From an uncultured Chloroflexia bacterium (lineage in GTDB: Bacteria > Chloroflexota > Anaerolineae > CG2-30-64-16), in contig CAWEHT010000216.1 of the NCBI GenBank assembly GCA_963808455.1, positions 1 through 58,906 on the forward strand: 58,906 bases of DNA, read 5' to 3'. Every line of letters begins with the position of its first letter. Positions within the stretch are counted from its first letter, which is position 1. Made by a program: the position numbers and the translations under genes. The notes under the pieces were generated by a model. The model saw only the letters and a list, made by a program, of their open reading frames with translations. It did not search any database and was not told the origin of the DNA. Below are positions 49,871-58,906 of the stretch, piece after piece.

Positions 49871-50116
49871 ATGGACATCCAAGAGGACATCGCGGTGAAC
49901 CACGACATGACGGAAAGCAGATGGAAGCAAGTGGGCGGTCAGGTCAAGATCTTTTGGGGCAAGATCGACGACGATGACCTGGACAGGATTGGCGGCAATG
50001 CCGAGCGTCTGGCGGACGTGCTTCAACACAAGTACGGCTATATCAAGCAGCACGCCGATTCTCAGAGCATCCGCTGGATGCGCAAGCACCGAGACGAGCC
50101 AGGGGACGCAGAGTGA
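49871..50116 (+). CDS. CsbD/YjbJ-family general stress protein
   Basis: ..WKQVGGQVKIFWGKIDDDDLDRIGGNAERLADVLQHKYGYIKQHADSQSIRW.. aligns with E. coli YjbJ (NWKQFKGKVKEQWGKLTDDDMTIIEGKRDQLVGKIQERYGY). GAGGGAG Shine-Dalgarno before the ATG at 49871. Confidence 0.8.
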   Translation: MDIQEDIAVNHDMTESRWKQVGGQVKIFWGKIDDDDLDRIGGNAERLADVLQHKYGYIKQHADSQSIRWMRKHRDEPGDAE

Positions 50117-50173
50117 TTGGAAGGGGCCTCCAGGGGTTCGCCTCGAGCCGGACAAGACCCCTGCGCAGAATGA

Positions 50174-50274
50174 CATACAACATACGACGCAAGATGGCGG
50201 CCGGAGTGGCATTTTGTGCTATGCAAAGTCCATCGTATGCGCTGATGCCAGGGACGCACGTTTCGGCTATGCTA
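50174..50274 (+). promoter_or_regulatory. conserved 101-nt intergenic element, copy C (upstream of glsB-like gene)
   Basis: CATACAACA..GCTATGCTA with the same 92-nt box spacing. Extended similarity to copy B begins at ~50130. Confidence 0.6.
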
Positions 50275-50342
50275 CAAGTTGCGAATATAGCGGTCTTGGG
50301 AGACTGGCTCGCAGACATCGGTCTCGCAAGAAAAGGAAGGGT

Positions 50343-50615
50343 ATGGCAATGGGCATTCTCGCATGGATCGTCGTCGGGTTGGTCGCCGGGTGGCTGGCCA
50401 GCCAGGTAATGCGCGGTGGTGGCTACGGCCTCATCGGCGATATCATTGTGGGCGCATTGGGCGCCGTGATCGGCGGCTTCCTGGCCGCAAGGTTTCTCAA
50501 CATGCCGGATACGGTGAACGGCATCAATGTGACCAGCCTTATCGTGGCGTTCGTCGGTACGGTGATCCTGGTCGGCATCCTGCAGCTGTTCTCGGCCGGT
50601 CGTGAGGCGTACTAA
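50343..50615 (+). CDS. GlsB/YeaQ/YmgE-family stress membrane protein, paralog 3
   Basis: MAMGILAWIVVGLVAGWLASQVMRGGGYGLIGDIIVGALGAVIGGFLAA.. Internal ATG of track ORF 49974..50615. Confidence 0.85.
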   Translation: MAMGILAWIVVGLVAGWLASQVMRGGGYGLIGDIIVGALGAVIGGFLAARFLNMPDTVNGINVTSLIVAFVGTVILVGILQLFSAGREAY

Positions 50616-50638
50616 GATCGGTTCAGGGGGTTACAAAG

Positions 50639-51148
50639 ATGGAAACCGTGACAAGCGAAGAACGTACAGACATCGTGAACAGCAGCTTCGCCGGCGACGG
50701 CACGGTGTACTCAAGCCAACGCATCGTAGATGTGAACCCAAACGGCCCTGTCCGCACGACGGCGCGCCAGACCGAGACCTCCACAGCCGACCCCTACGCC
50801 GTGCCGCGCGAGGGCACTCTCAGAGTTCAGGGGTTCATCTATTTTCTGTTCGGGGTCGTGGAGGGGTTGATCGCCATCCGCCTCGTGTTGACGCTCCTCG
50901 GTGCCAACCCGGCCGCGGGTTTTTCGCGGGTCATCCACGGCGTCACGGCACCCTTCCTGGCCCCGTTCGTGGGGTTGTTTGGGACGGTGCACTTTGGAGG
51001 CAGGGCCTTCGAGGTGAATTCAGTGGTCGCGATCTTCGTGTCCGCTCTGATCGCCTGGGTGCTGGCAAGAGCGGTGGAGCTCGTGCAGGGAGAGACGCGA
51101 TCGGACGGGCGCACGACATCCAGTCAGTTCGATACTCAGACGCGCTAG
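50639..51148 (+). CDS. YggT-family membrane protein
   Basis: 169 aa. The hydrophilic N-region is followed by ..FIYFLFGVVEGLIAIRLVLTLLGANPAAGFSRVIHGVTAPFLAPFVGLF.., typical of YGGT repeats. Confidence 0.6.
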   Translation: METVTSEERTDIVNSSFAGDGTVYSSQRIVDVNPNGPVRTTARQTETSTADPYAVPREGTLRVQGFIYFLFGVVEGLIAIRLVLTLLGANPAAGFSRVIHGVTAPFLAPFVGLFGTVHFGGRAFEVNSVVAIFVSALIAWVLARAVELVQGETRSDGRTTSSQFDTQTR

Positions 51149-51510
51149 GTCGATCCGATGGAGGCCAGGGATACAGAGCGCGTCACGAAGCACAAGCTGG
51201 CCGAGAAGTAGCCATGCGACGGGTACATCATATCGGGCAGGCGGCAGAAGCAAGGAGCAAGCGCGGTTTTGTTCCCATGGGTGCTCTGCCGCTTGCCGGC
51301 CGGGCGCGAACTCCCTTCATGCTCGCGGCCCGTCCCACACGTGAATCCCCGCGTCCCAAATAGTTTCCCCCCTTGCTGCATAATTAGCACGAGACTTATA
51401 TGCCGCCTTCGGCTGATCTTCACAGCTCGAGAATATAACTGAGCATGTACGTACGACCACTCAGTGAGAACGAGAGCAAGAGGAGATCAGACCATGAACT
51501 TTTGTCCATT

Positions 51511-51820
51511 TCAACTCTGGTCGGGAGACAGCGTCTCGTACCACGTCGCGTCGTCGCCCGCGCTCCGGTACTCGATCAGGCGCAAGCCCCGCGCCGCATG
51601 GTGCAGCGCCAGTTCGGCCTGTAGCTCGAGAAGGAGCTTCTGCATCGCCACTATCTGGCCGTGCAACCGCAAAATGATCTCGACGCTATCCTCGTCCAGA
51701 ACCAGCGCCTCGCGCAGGCGGCGCCTGCGTCGATGCTGTGACTCCTTTGTGTTCAACAAAGAAGTCAGGCCCCCCAAAAGGTGGTTCTCGTTCCATGAGA
51801 TCCCTTTCTCCCCACGCCGT
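51511..51820 (-). pseudogene. cbpM: CbpM-like (MerR_2) chaperone-modulator gene, 5' end severed by the IS701-family insertion
   Basis: ..KGISWNENHLLGGL..RRRRRLREALVLDEDSVEIILRLHGQIVAMQKLLLELQAEL.. aligns with E. coli CbpM (..[55 protein letters not shown]). It sits directly downstream of cbpA once the IS is removed. Confidence 0.5.
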
Positions 51821-53323
51821 CTAGTATTACAACCGTAGTTTACAGGAAGGCCAATCTGGCGGATAATGGGGCCAATATCAAACCGCCGGAGGGCCGATGA
51901 CAACCGAAGAACTGGATCAATGGGCCGCCGATTTTCAGAGCTTCTGCGCCCGTTTCGCGGATATCTTCGGGCGCAAGGAGCCGCGGGCGCAGGCCGTCAA
52001 GTACCTGCGCGGCCTGCTGGCGTCGGTGCCCCGCAAGAACAGCTGGCAACTGGCCGAAACTGTCGGGGACGCCATCCCCGATGCCATGCAGCGGTTGCTG
52101 TATCGGGCGCACTGGAGCGCCGACGCCGCCCGGGATCGCCTGCTGCAATTTACCAGGGAGGTCTTCGGCGAGGAAGACGGCATCGGCGTAGTGGATGAAA
52201 CCGGCTTCCTCAAACAGGGCACCCACTCGGTGGGCGTCAAACGCCAGTACTCGGGCACGGCTGGCAAGATCGAGAACTGCCAGATGGGCACCTTGTTGAG
52301 TTATGCCAGTGCCAAGGGGCACGTCTTCCTGGATCGGCGGCTGTATTTGCCCGCAGAGTGGTGCAACGATGCCGAGCGCCGCGCCCAAGCTCAAGTGCCC
52401 GCGGATGTGGCGTTCCAAACCAAGCCCGAGCAGGCGCTGGCCATGCTGGCGCACGCTTGGGAGGCCGGTATGCCCATGCGCTGGGTCGCTGGCGATGAGA
52501 TCTACGGTGAGTCGCCGGCGCTGCGCGAGGGCATCGCTGCCAGCGGTCGTTGGTATGTGCTGGCCGTGCCCACCACCATGCCCGTCTGGACCGCGCGCCC
52601 GCCGCTGGCCGAACCTGAGCCGCAGGAGCGGGGCCGGCCCCGCACCCGGCCGCGTTTGGCGGAAGGGGCCGCGCTGGCCACCACGGTGAAAGAGGTGGTC
52701 GCCCGTTGGCCCGAGAGCCGCTGGCAGAGCCTGGCGGTGGCCGAAGGCGAGAAGGGACTGATCACTTATGACTGGGCCTGCCAACGGGTGGTCGAGAGCG
52801 TCGAACAAACTGCCGGGGCGGGAGGTCTGGCTGCTCGCCCGCCGTTCGCTCAGCGAGCCGACCCAGATGGCCTACTACCTGTCGAATGCGCCCACCGACA
52901 CGCCGCTGCTCAAACTGGCGCAGGTGGCCTCGACCCGCTACACGGTGGAGCAATGTATTGAGGAAGCCAAAAGCGAAACGGGCCTGGACGAATACGAAGT
53001 GCGCTACTGGCCCAGTTGGCATCGCCATATCACGCTCTCGATGATGGCCCACGCCTGGTTAGCCTCCATCCGCTGTAAAGCGACGGAGAAAAGGGAGGGC
53101 CCGCGCCCTTTTTGGCCGAGCTGACCGTCCCGGAAGTGCGCCGCTTGCTGGAAGTGGCGCTGCCGCTGCCCGAGCGTCCGCGTGCCGTGCGGCTCGCCTG
53201 GTCGCTGTGGCGGCGAGCCAAGCGCTGGCGCGGCACAGCCATTTTCGGCGTCAGGCGAGCGCCTGGCGGCAGCGTCTGACTTCGGCCGGCGAAATTCCAC
53301 CATAACTACGGTTGTAATACTAG
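51821..53323 (+). mobile_element. second, different IS701-family insertion sequence
   Basis: 20-bp perfect inverted repeats CTAGTATTACAACCGTAGTT (51821-51840) and AACTACGGTTGTAATACTAG (53304-53323). Confidence 0.8.
51897..53305 (+). pseudogene. IS701-family DDE transposase with about three frame breaks
   Basis: ..VVDETGFLKQGTHSVGVKRQYSGTAGKIENCQMG.., ..WVAGDEIYG.. (ORF 51897..). ..YYLSNAPTDTPLLKLAQVASTRYTVEQCIEEAKSETGLDEYEVRYWPSWHRHITLSMMA.. (ORF 52768..). The tail ..ELTVPEVRRLLEVALPLP.. and ..ARHSHFRRQ..* lie in other frames, and the stop (53303-53305) overlaps the start of the right repeat. Confidence 0.75.
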
Positions 53324-53346
53324 CCGGCCACTTCATATACGGCCGC

Positions 53347-54294
53347 TCAGACCGGTTGCCCGGCTTGCTGTCTCGCGAGGGCCAGCTCGCGGAAGGCGGC
53401 CAGCTCACGGTCGGTCAGCGGCTCGGGCAGCATGAGCTTCGCCCGGACCAGCAGGTCGCCCCGTCGGTCTGGGCTCCCCAGCTGCGGCATGCCTTTGCTC
53501 CGCAGCCGGAAGCTGCGACCGGTCTGGGTGCGCGGAGGGATGGTGAGCATCACGGCGCCGTCCAGGGTCTGCACGCGGATTTCGCCACCGAGCGCTGCTG
53601 TGAAGACGTCGACGGCCACCTCGGCGAACAGATCGTCCCCCTGGCGCTCGAAGGCCGTATGCGGCAAAACGTGGGTTATGAGGTAGAGGTCGCCGGCCGG
53701 GCCTCCGTTGCGGCCCGGCTCCCCCTGGCCTGCCAGCCGGACGCGTGAGCCCGTATCGACGCCTGGCGGGGTCCGCGCCTCGATGCGCCGGCCGTCGAGG
53801 TCGAGCAGCCGGGTTGCACCCCGGAACGCTTCTTCCAGGGTCACGTCGGCCGCGTATTCCAAGTCCCGGCCGCGGCGAGCGCGGGGGTGGCCGTCTCCGG
53901 CGCGCGCCTGGCCGAAGATCGAGGTGAAGAAATCCGAGTAGGGGCTATCGCTGCCGAACATATCCCGTAGATCTTCGGGCGTGGTATTCTCGACGTGCAC
54001 GCCCTCGCCGGGCCGGGCAGCCCAGTCTTGCCACTGGAAGTCCCGCCCGGGCCGGCCCGTCTCTTGCCAGCGCTGATACTGGGCGCGCAACTCGTCATAT
54101 TTCTGCCGCTCCTCGGGGTCCGAGAGCACCTGGTAAGCCTCATTGACGTTCTTGAACCTCTCCTCGGCAGCCTTGTTCCCAGGGTTCACGTCAGGATGGA
54201 GCTGGCGCGCCAGCTTGCGGTAAACCTTCTTGATGGCATTCTTGTCCGCGTCGGGCGCCACTCCGAGGATCTCGTAGTAGTCCTTGAAGTCCAC
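53347..54294 (-). CDS. cbpA: DnaJ-class II co-chaperone (CbpA-like: J domain, no zinc finger)
   Basis: 315 aa. MDFKDYYEILGVAPDADKNAIKKVYRKLARQLHPDVNPGNKAAEERFKNVNEAYQVLSDPEERQKYD, then two C-terminal substrate-binding domains. No CxxCxGxG repeats. Confidence 0.85.
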   Translation of the reverse strand: MDFKDYYEILGVAPDADKNAIKKVYRKLARQLHPDVNPGNKAAEERFKNVNEAYQVLSDPEERQKYDELRAQYQRWQETGRPGRDFQWQDWAARPGEGVHVENTTPEDLRDMFGSDSPYSDFFTSIFGQARAGDGHPRARRGRDLEYAADVTLEEAFRGATRLLDLDGRRIEARTPPGVDTGSRVRLAGQGEPGRNGGPAGDLYLITHVLPHTAFERQGDDLFAEVAVDVFTAALGGEIRVQTLDGAVMLTIPPRTQTGRSFRLRSKGMPQLGSPDRRGDLLVRAKLMLPEPLTDRELAAFRELALARQQAGQPV

Positions 54295-54298
54295 AGCT

Positions 54299-54815
54299 TC
54301 ACCTGCCGGAGCGCGTCACAACCACGCGGGCTGGACGGATAATGAAACCGTCGTGCAGGTAACCCGGATACACAACGTCAGCCACCGTATCCTGGGGCAC
54401 GGCGGCATCGCGCACCTCGATGGCCTCGTGATACACAGGGTCGAAGGGATGGCCTGGCTCGACCGGAATGCGCTGAACGCCGGCGCGCGAAAGCACCTGC
54501 TCCAGCTGGCGCAGGGTAAGCTGGACTCCCTGGCGCAGCGCCAGCCGCGTCGCCCGGCTGGGCCAGGGCGAGCCCCAGGTTGTCCATCACGTCGAGGAGT
54601 TCCCGAAGCAGGGCCCGCTTGCTTTCTGTCGCCGCGGGCCTGGACGTTCGCGCTCGGCCCACTTCCGCAGCGTTCTCTGCCTGGGCGGCTGCCCGCAGAT
54701 ACTTATCCTGCAGCTCATCGACCTGGCACCGCGCCTCATTCAGCTGGGCAACGCAATCGCCCTCGCGTTCCAGGGATGCATACGTCTCGTCCGAGCCACG
54801 ATCAGACTGGCCCAC
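54299..54815 (-). CDS. grpE: nucleotide exchange factor GrpE, frame break near 54.54 kb
   Basis: ..[36 protein letters not shown].. (ORF 54378..54815) continues as ..[43 protein letters not shown].. (ORF 54299..54496). Confidence 0.8.
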
Positions 54816-56702
54816 TGCTTGCCTCCTGGGCGATCAGAATCTCGCGGTATTGCCCCTCGACCGTGTCGCCGTCCTGTGGTCCGCCTGCCGGCTGGGCCTG
54901 CCGGGCACCGGCCTGTTGGCTCAGAGCTGCCGTCGCTTGTTGCAGCGCCTCGGAGAGTTGCTGCAAGCGGCTCAGGTCGTCGCCATTTATGGCCTGCCGC
55001 AATTCGGTGATGTGCCCCTCGATGCGGGTGCGATCCGGCGCAGGCAGCGAGCCATCCAGCCCCTGCAGAGACTTCTCCGCCTGGTAGATCAGGTTGTCGG
55101 CCTGGTTCCGGGCCTCGGCAAGCTCACGCCGGCGGCGATCTTCGGCCGCGTTGCGCTCGCCCTCCCCAACCAGCCGTTCCACGTCTTGCTTGCTCAGGTT
55201 GGTGGAGGCCGAGATCGTGATCTTTTGCTCCTTGCCGGTGGCCTTGTCGCGCGCGTTGACATTCAGGATGCCATTCGCGTCGATGTCAAACGTGACCTCG
55301 ACCTGGGGCACACCCGCGGCGCCGGTGGAATACCCTCCAGCCGGAACTGTCCCAACGGTATGTTGTCGGCGGCAATGGGGCGTTCGCCCTGGACGACCCG
55401 AATATCCACCGCCGTCTGGTTGTCTTCGGCCGTCGAGAAAACCTCGGCCTTGCGGATCGGGATGGTGGTGTTGCGCGAGATGAGCGGCGTCATGACGCCG
55501 CCGAGCGTTTCGACGCCGGGGCTCAGAGGGGTAACGTCCAGAAGCAAGACATCCTTGACCTCTCCGCCCAGCACGCCGGCCTGAATCGCCGCCCCCACGG
55601 CCACAACCTCATCCGGGTTGACGCCCTTATGCGGCTCCTTGCCTCCCGAGAGCTTGCGCACCAGGTCTTGCACCATCGGCATGCGAGTGGATCCCCCTAC
55701 GAGAACCACCTCCTGCAGGCCCTGGGCTTGCAGCTTGGCATCTGCCAGGGCGCGCTCGAAGGGAGGGACGCAGCGCTGCAACAGGTCGTCCGTCAGCTGC
55801 TCGAACTTGGCCCGGGTGAGCTTTAGCTGCAGGTGCTTTGGGCCGGTGGCATCGGCGGTGATGAAGGGCAGGTTGAGCTCCGTTTCCAGCACGCTCGACA
55901 GCTCGATCTTGGCCTTCTCGGCCGCTTCCCGCAATCTTTGCAGCGCCAGACGGTCCTGTCCCAGGTCGATGCCCTGGTCCTTCTTGTATTCCTGTATCAG
56001 CCACTGCACGATCCGTTGGTCCCAGTCATCACCGCCGAGGTGGGTGTCGCCGTTGGTGGCGCGCACCTCGATGAGCCCCTCGCCGATTTCGAGGACCGAG
56101 ACGTCGAATGTCCCGCCGCCCAGGTCCCAAACCAGAATGGTCTCGTTCTGCTTCTTGTCCAACCCATATGCCAGCGCAGCCGCCGTCGGCTCGTTGATGA
56201 TGCGTAGGACCTCCAGCCCCGCGATCTGGCCGGCGTCCTTGGTAGCCTGGCGTTGTGAATCATTGAAATACGCGGGTACCGTGATGACGGCCTGTTTCAC
56301 GGAGTCGCCCAGATACGCCTCTGCATCGCGCTTGAGCTTCTGCAGGATCATGGCGGAGATTTCTTGGGGAGTGTAAGTCTTGCCGTTTTGTGGGATGGAC
56401 ACCCGTGCATCGCCACCCGGTCCCGGCACCACCTTGAAAGACGCCATCTTGCGCTCGGCCTCGACCTCATCGTAGTGGCGGCCTACGAAACGTTTGATGG
56501 AATAGACGGTGTTTTCCGGGTTGACGACGGCCTGACGCTTGGCCACCTGGCCAACCAGGATCTCGCCGTTATTAGAGAAGGCCACCACCGAAGGGCAAAG
56601 CGGACCGCCCTCTGCGGTCGGAATGACGACCGGTTCCCCGCCTTGCATGATCGCGGCTACAGAGTTGGTGGTGCCTAAATCGATCCCAATGATTTTGGCC
56701 AT
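54802..56702 (-). CDS. dnaK: molecular chaperone DnaK (Hsp70), frame break at the C-run 55313-55315
   Basis: [42 protein letters not shown].. (ORF 55263..56720). ..GIPPAPRG|[33 protein letters not shown].. continues in ORF 54802..55311. ATG at 56700-56702. Confidence 0.9.
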
Positions 56703-56819
56703 GCGAAATGCTCCTTGCATCGATTCCCACGTGCTTGTTGATCAAACGGCCCATGGCGCCCGGGCTTATGCCACCCGGGAACTTGGGCCACTATGGTGAC
56801 CGCCGGGGGAAACATAACG

Positions 56820-57398
56820 CTAAGCTCCGACACCCTGCGGCGCCTCTTCGCCTCGGAGGCGGAAAGCGTGGATCACCATGAGGATGCCAAAGACGATTGC
56901 ATAGCTCGCGATCACCCATAGGACCGCCCGCACGCCGGCGCGCGGGAAGAACCCCAGCAGCAGTCCGAAAAGAACCGACAGCACCCCGCTCAACAGAAGG
57001 GCCCACTCACCCTGGATCTCGCGGCGCAACCGAATGGCGGCCACGATCTCCAACACGCCAGTCACCAACGCCCATGCCGCAATGACGTACAGCAGCACCA
57101 AAGCCGTTATGCCCGGCCAGAAGAACGCGACGAGCCCCGCGGCGACACCCGCCAGGCCTTCCAACGCAAGAAGCCAGCGCCTATCTGTGGCGCCGGGCCG
57201 CGCAATTGCTGCCACGATCGACAACGCGCCATCAACCAAGGCATAGGCCCCGAACAGAGTAACCAGGACAACCAGGGTAGTGAGGGGCCAGAGAAAAGCA
57301 AGCAGGCCGAAAAGGATCGCCGCAGCGCCTCTCAGCCCAAGCATCCACCAGTGACGCGAGATGTGTCCAATATGAATTGCCTCCAGGTATTTGCTCAA
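56820..57398 (-). CDS. hdeD: HdeD/DUF308-family acid-resistance membrane protein
   Basis: 192 aa with repeated DUF308 helices ..WWMLGLRGAAAILFGLLAFLWP.., ..GLAGVAAGLVAFFWPGITALVLLYVIAAWALVTGVLEI... The TTG start is uncertain. Confidence 0.75.
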   Translation of the reverse strand: MSKYLEAIHIGHISRHWWMLGLRGAAAILFGLLAFLWPLTTLVVLVTLFGAYALVDGALSIVAAIARPGATDRRWLLALEGLAGVAAGLVAFFWPGITALVLLYVIAAWALVTGVLEIVAAIRLRREIQGEWALLLSGVLSVLFGLLLGFFPRAGVRAVLWVIASYAIVFGILMVIHAFRLRGEEAPQGVGA

Positions 57399-57818
57399 TC
57401 TCTATATGCGATGTCCGCGCCAGAACACCCGGCATCAGGGCCTGGGTCAGGCCCTGATAGACGCCCCGTTGGGTCAGAAGGTTCACACCCACCGTCCGCA
57501 GGCCACGGCACTGGTGCAACTATAGGAGGGTTGGACATAACATAAGATTGGTTCCAGGTCAACGGCCCCAGATCGGCACACCGGCGACCAGCGCGAGACC
57601 CGAACGGCACTTGACATATAATGGGGACCGATATCACGCCTCCGGCCGTCGCTACTGAACAAGCCCGCCAGCTGCCGTTTGCCCCTACAAAACAGCCTCC
57701 TTGTGTCGTACTTGAGTTTAGAGTTACATAACGGCGCGACGATGGTCGACAGGTAGGACGAAGCGTCGCGTTGACCAAGAGCGCACTTTAACAAAGCTGC
57801 AGTTGTCCGCCGGTGCGT

Positions 57819-58906
57819 TTAGACGACGGCCGGCACGTTAGTTACGGTCGCTTTTTGGGGTTTTGAGCCCTTTTTGACGACCGGATAGCGCGGCCGCGGC
57901 TTCGGACGATAGCCCGGGACGCGTCCGGTTCCTTTACCTGCGGGTCCGGCGACCGGCGCCGGACTGCCCAACTCAAGCAGAAAACGTCGAGCGCCGCGCT
58001 GCACTTGGCCCGCCGTGAGCAGCAAGGTCTGATGGCTTCGTAACGACGGTTGCCAGGCCGGTCGTAGATCATCTACCTCCCGACGCATGAGCAGCAATTG
58101 CCAATAAGCCAGGGCGCAAAGCCACATCCAATGCTCGATGACCACCGGGTTGGTGGATCGGCAGGCGTTCAAGCCCGTGTGTTGCTTCAAGAAACGAAAT
58201 GCATGCTCGATGGCGAAACGCCAAAGATACATGCGACACAAGTCTGCCAGCGCCACGCTGGTCGGTCCCGTCCAAAAAAGCCAGAGCGGCCGTTTGTAAC
58301 GCGGCGTGCCGTCGGCTTTCAAGAATTGGACCCGCAACAGGAGCCCGGCCAAGGTCGGCAGCTTGCGCAGGTGCAAATCGGTCCAGGCTTGCAACTGCAC
58401 CGTTTGGCCGTTCAGATCAAAGGTTTCGCGGCGTTCGGCCGGCCAAGATAGTTGCTAAGTTTGAAAACTGGACCGTGCTTGCGTGGAGCGCCGCGTTTGC
58501 CGGGAACCCGCAGCGGGGGCGCCGCGTACAAGTTCTGGTTTTGGCGCAAACGCACCAGCGCCGCGACGGTTTTGACGACCAAAAACACGCCCAGGAACCA
58601 GTGGTTCCCGTACAGACTGTCGGCGACCACGACTTTCAGCCGGGTGCTCAATCTGTCCAGCGCCTGCACCTGGGCCACCGCCGTTTGCGTGTCGGTGCTG
58701 GTGGTGGCAATGCGCTGCACGTCCAGCGGCGCGACCCAGGATGGTCGCCGTTGCACCAAGCGCACCAACCAGGAGAACTTGAGACCCGGACGGGCCGGTT
58801 CATCTTTCTCGCTTTTCAGCCAGCTGCGATCCGGCAAGGTCTCGGCCTCTATCCGCGGGTTGGGTGTGGCGTCAATGGCGTAAATTTCACGCCCGGCTAC
58901 GGTCTC
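57819..58906 (-). pseudogene. IS4-superfamily DDE transposase, partial (runs off the window) with a frame break near 58.44 kb
   Basis: ..KVVVADSLYGNHWFLG.. (ORF 58412..58837) and ..YLWRFAIEHAFRFLKQHTGLN.. (Y-2-R-3-E-6-K) in ORF 57819..58400. Joined reading: ..AERRETFDLNGQTVQLQAWTDL... Confidence 0.7.

Noticed and set aside
51360-51400. AT-rich TTGCTG-N17-TTATAT promoter-like sequence downstream of yggT, pointing toward the 3' end of the cbpM-like gene.
   Set aside because: No plausible downstream gene on that strand and a weak -10. It could drive an antisense RNA, but there is no supporting evidence in the sequence.
51464-51838. Plus-strand ORF (with an AAGAGGAG Shine-Dalgarno and an ATG at 51494) antisense to the cbpM-like frame.
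   Set aside because: The product is Cys/Ser/Arg-rich with no similarity to anything, whereas the minus-strand frame aligns with CbpM and sits in the expected operon position.
56703-56819. Search for CIRCE (TTAGCACTC-N9-GAGTGCTAA) or HAIR (CTTGAGT-N7-ACTCAAG) operators upstream of dnaK.
   Set aside because: Neither consensus is present. There is only a CCCGGG-N9-CCCGGG dyad of unknown meaning, so no heat-shock operator is called.
57608-57620. TTGACATATAAT looks like fused -35 and -10 hexamers.
   Set aside because: The two hexamers are directly adjacent with no 16-18-nt spacer and there is no TG-extended -10. This is not a credible promoter architecture.

Overview
GC-rich bacterial chromosomal window. 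Gene content and the Pro/Thr-linker style suggest a Chloroflexota-like organism, but that is inference only. Layout: (i) 1-6.4 kb is housekeeping: DinB-like and cupin genes, rel (RelA/SpoT), a membrane-anchored parvulin PPIase, the rpsF-ssb-rpsR operon and tRNA-Pro(CGG). (ii) 6.4-21.7 kb is an IS-riddled accessory island directly downstream of the tRNA. It holds an IS4-family element nested in an IS110-family transposase gene, a four-gene SEC-C / DUF1186-like / PRiA4_ORF3 cluster, an IS630 remnant, a 5'-truncated HigB-like toxin with an HTH antitoxin, a SWIM-like remnant, hypotheticals, a UPF0175 / DUF3368-PIN pair and an IS701-family element. (iii) 22-57.4 kb is strongly stress-themed. It holds three tandem double-domain Usp genes, a ~8.8-kb cyclic beta-1,2-glucan synthase-like gene, three GlsB/YeaQ/YmgE paralogs, an LEA-like 11-mer repeat protein, CsbD/YjbJ-like, YggT and HdeD. 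It also holds a PRC/BON protein + receiver-only regulator + FtsH, two GAF-kinase/NarL-type pairs, a CarD-like regulator, a BNR/HEAT membrane protein, an SH3b/Ig-repeat envelope protein, and dnaK-grpE-cbpA with a cbpM-like gene cut off by a second IS701-family element. (iv) A partial IS4-like transposase sits at the right edge. No rRNA or CRISPR array was seen. Major caveat: about 30 single-nucleotide-type frame breaks occur, including in dnaK, grpE and rpsR, so most frameshifted calls are probably consensus indels rather than biology. The most interesting unexplained signals are a fixed-length 101-nt intergenic element present three times upstream of stress/envelope genes, the SEC-C/PRiA4_ORF3 four-gene cluster, and the AT-rich consensus promoter plus long leader of the duplicated Usp genes.
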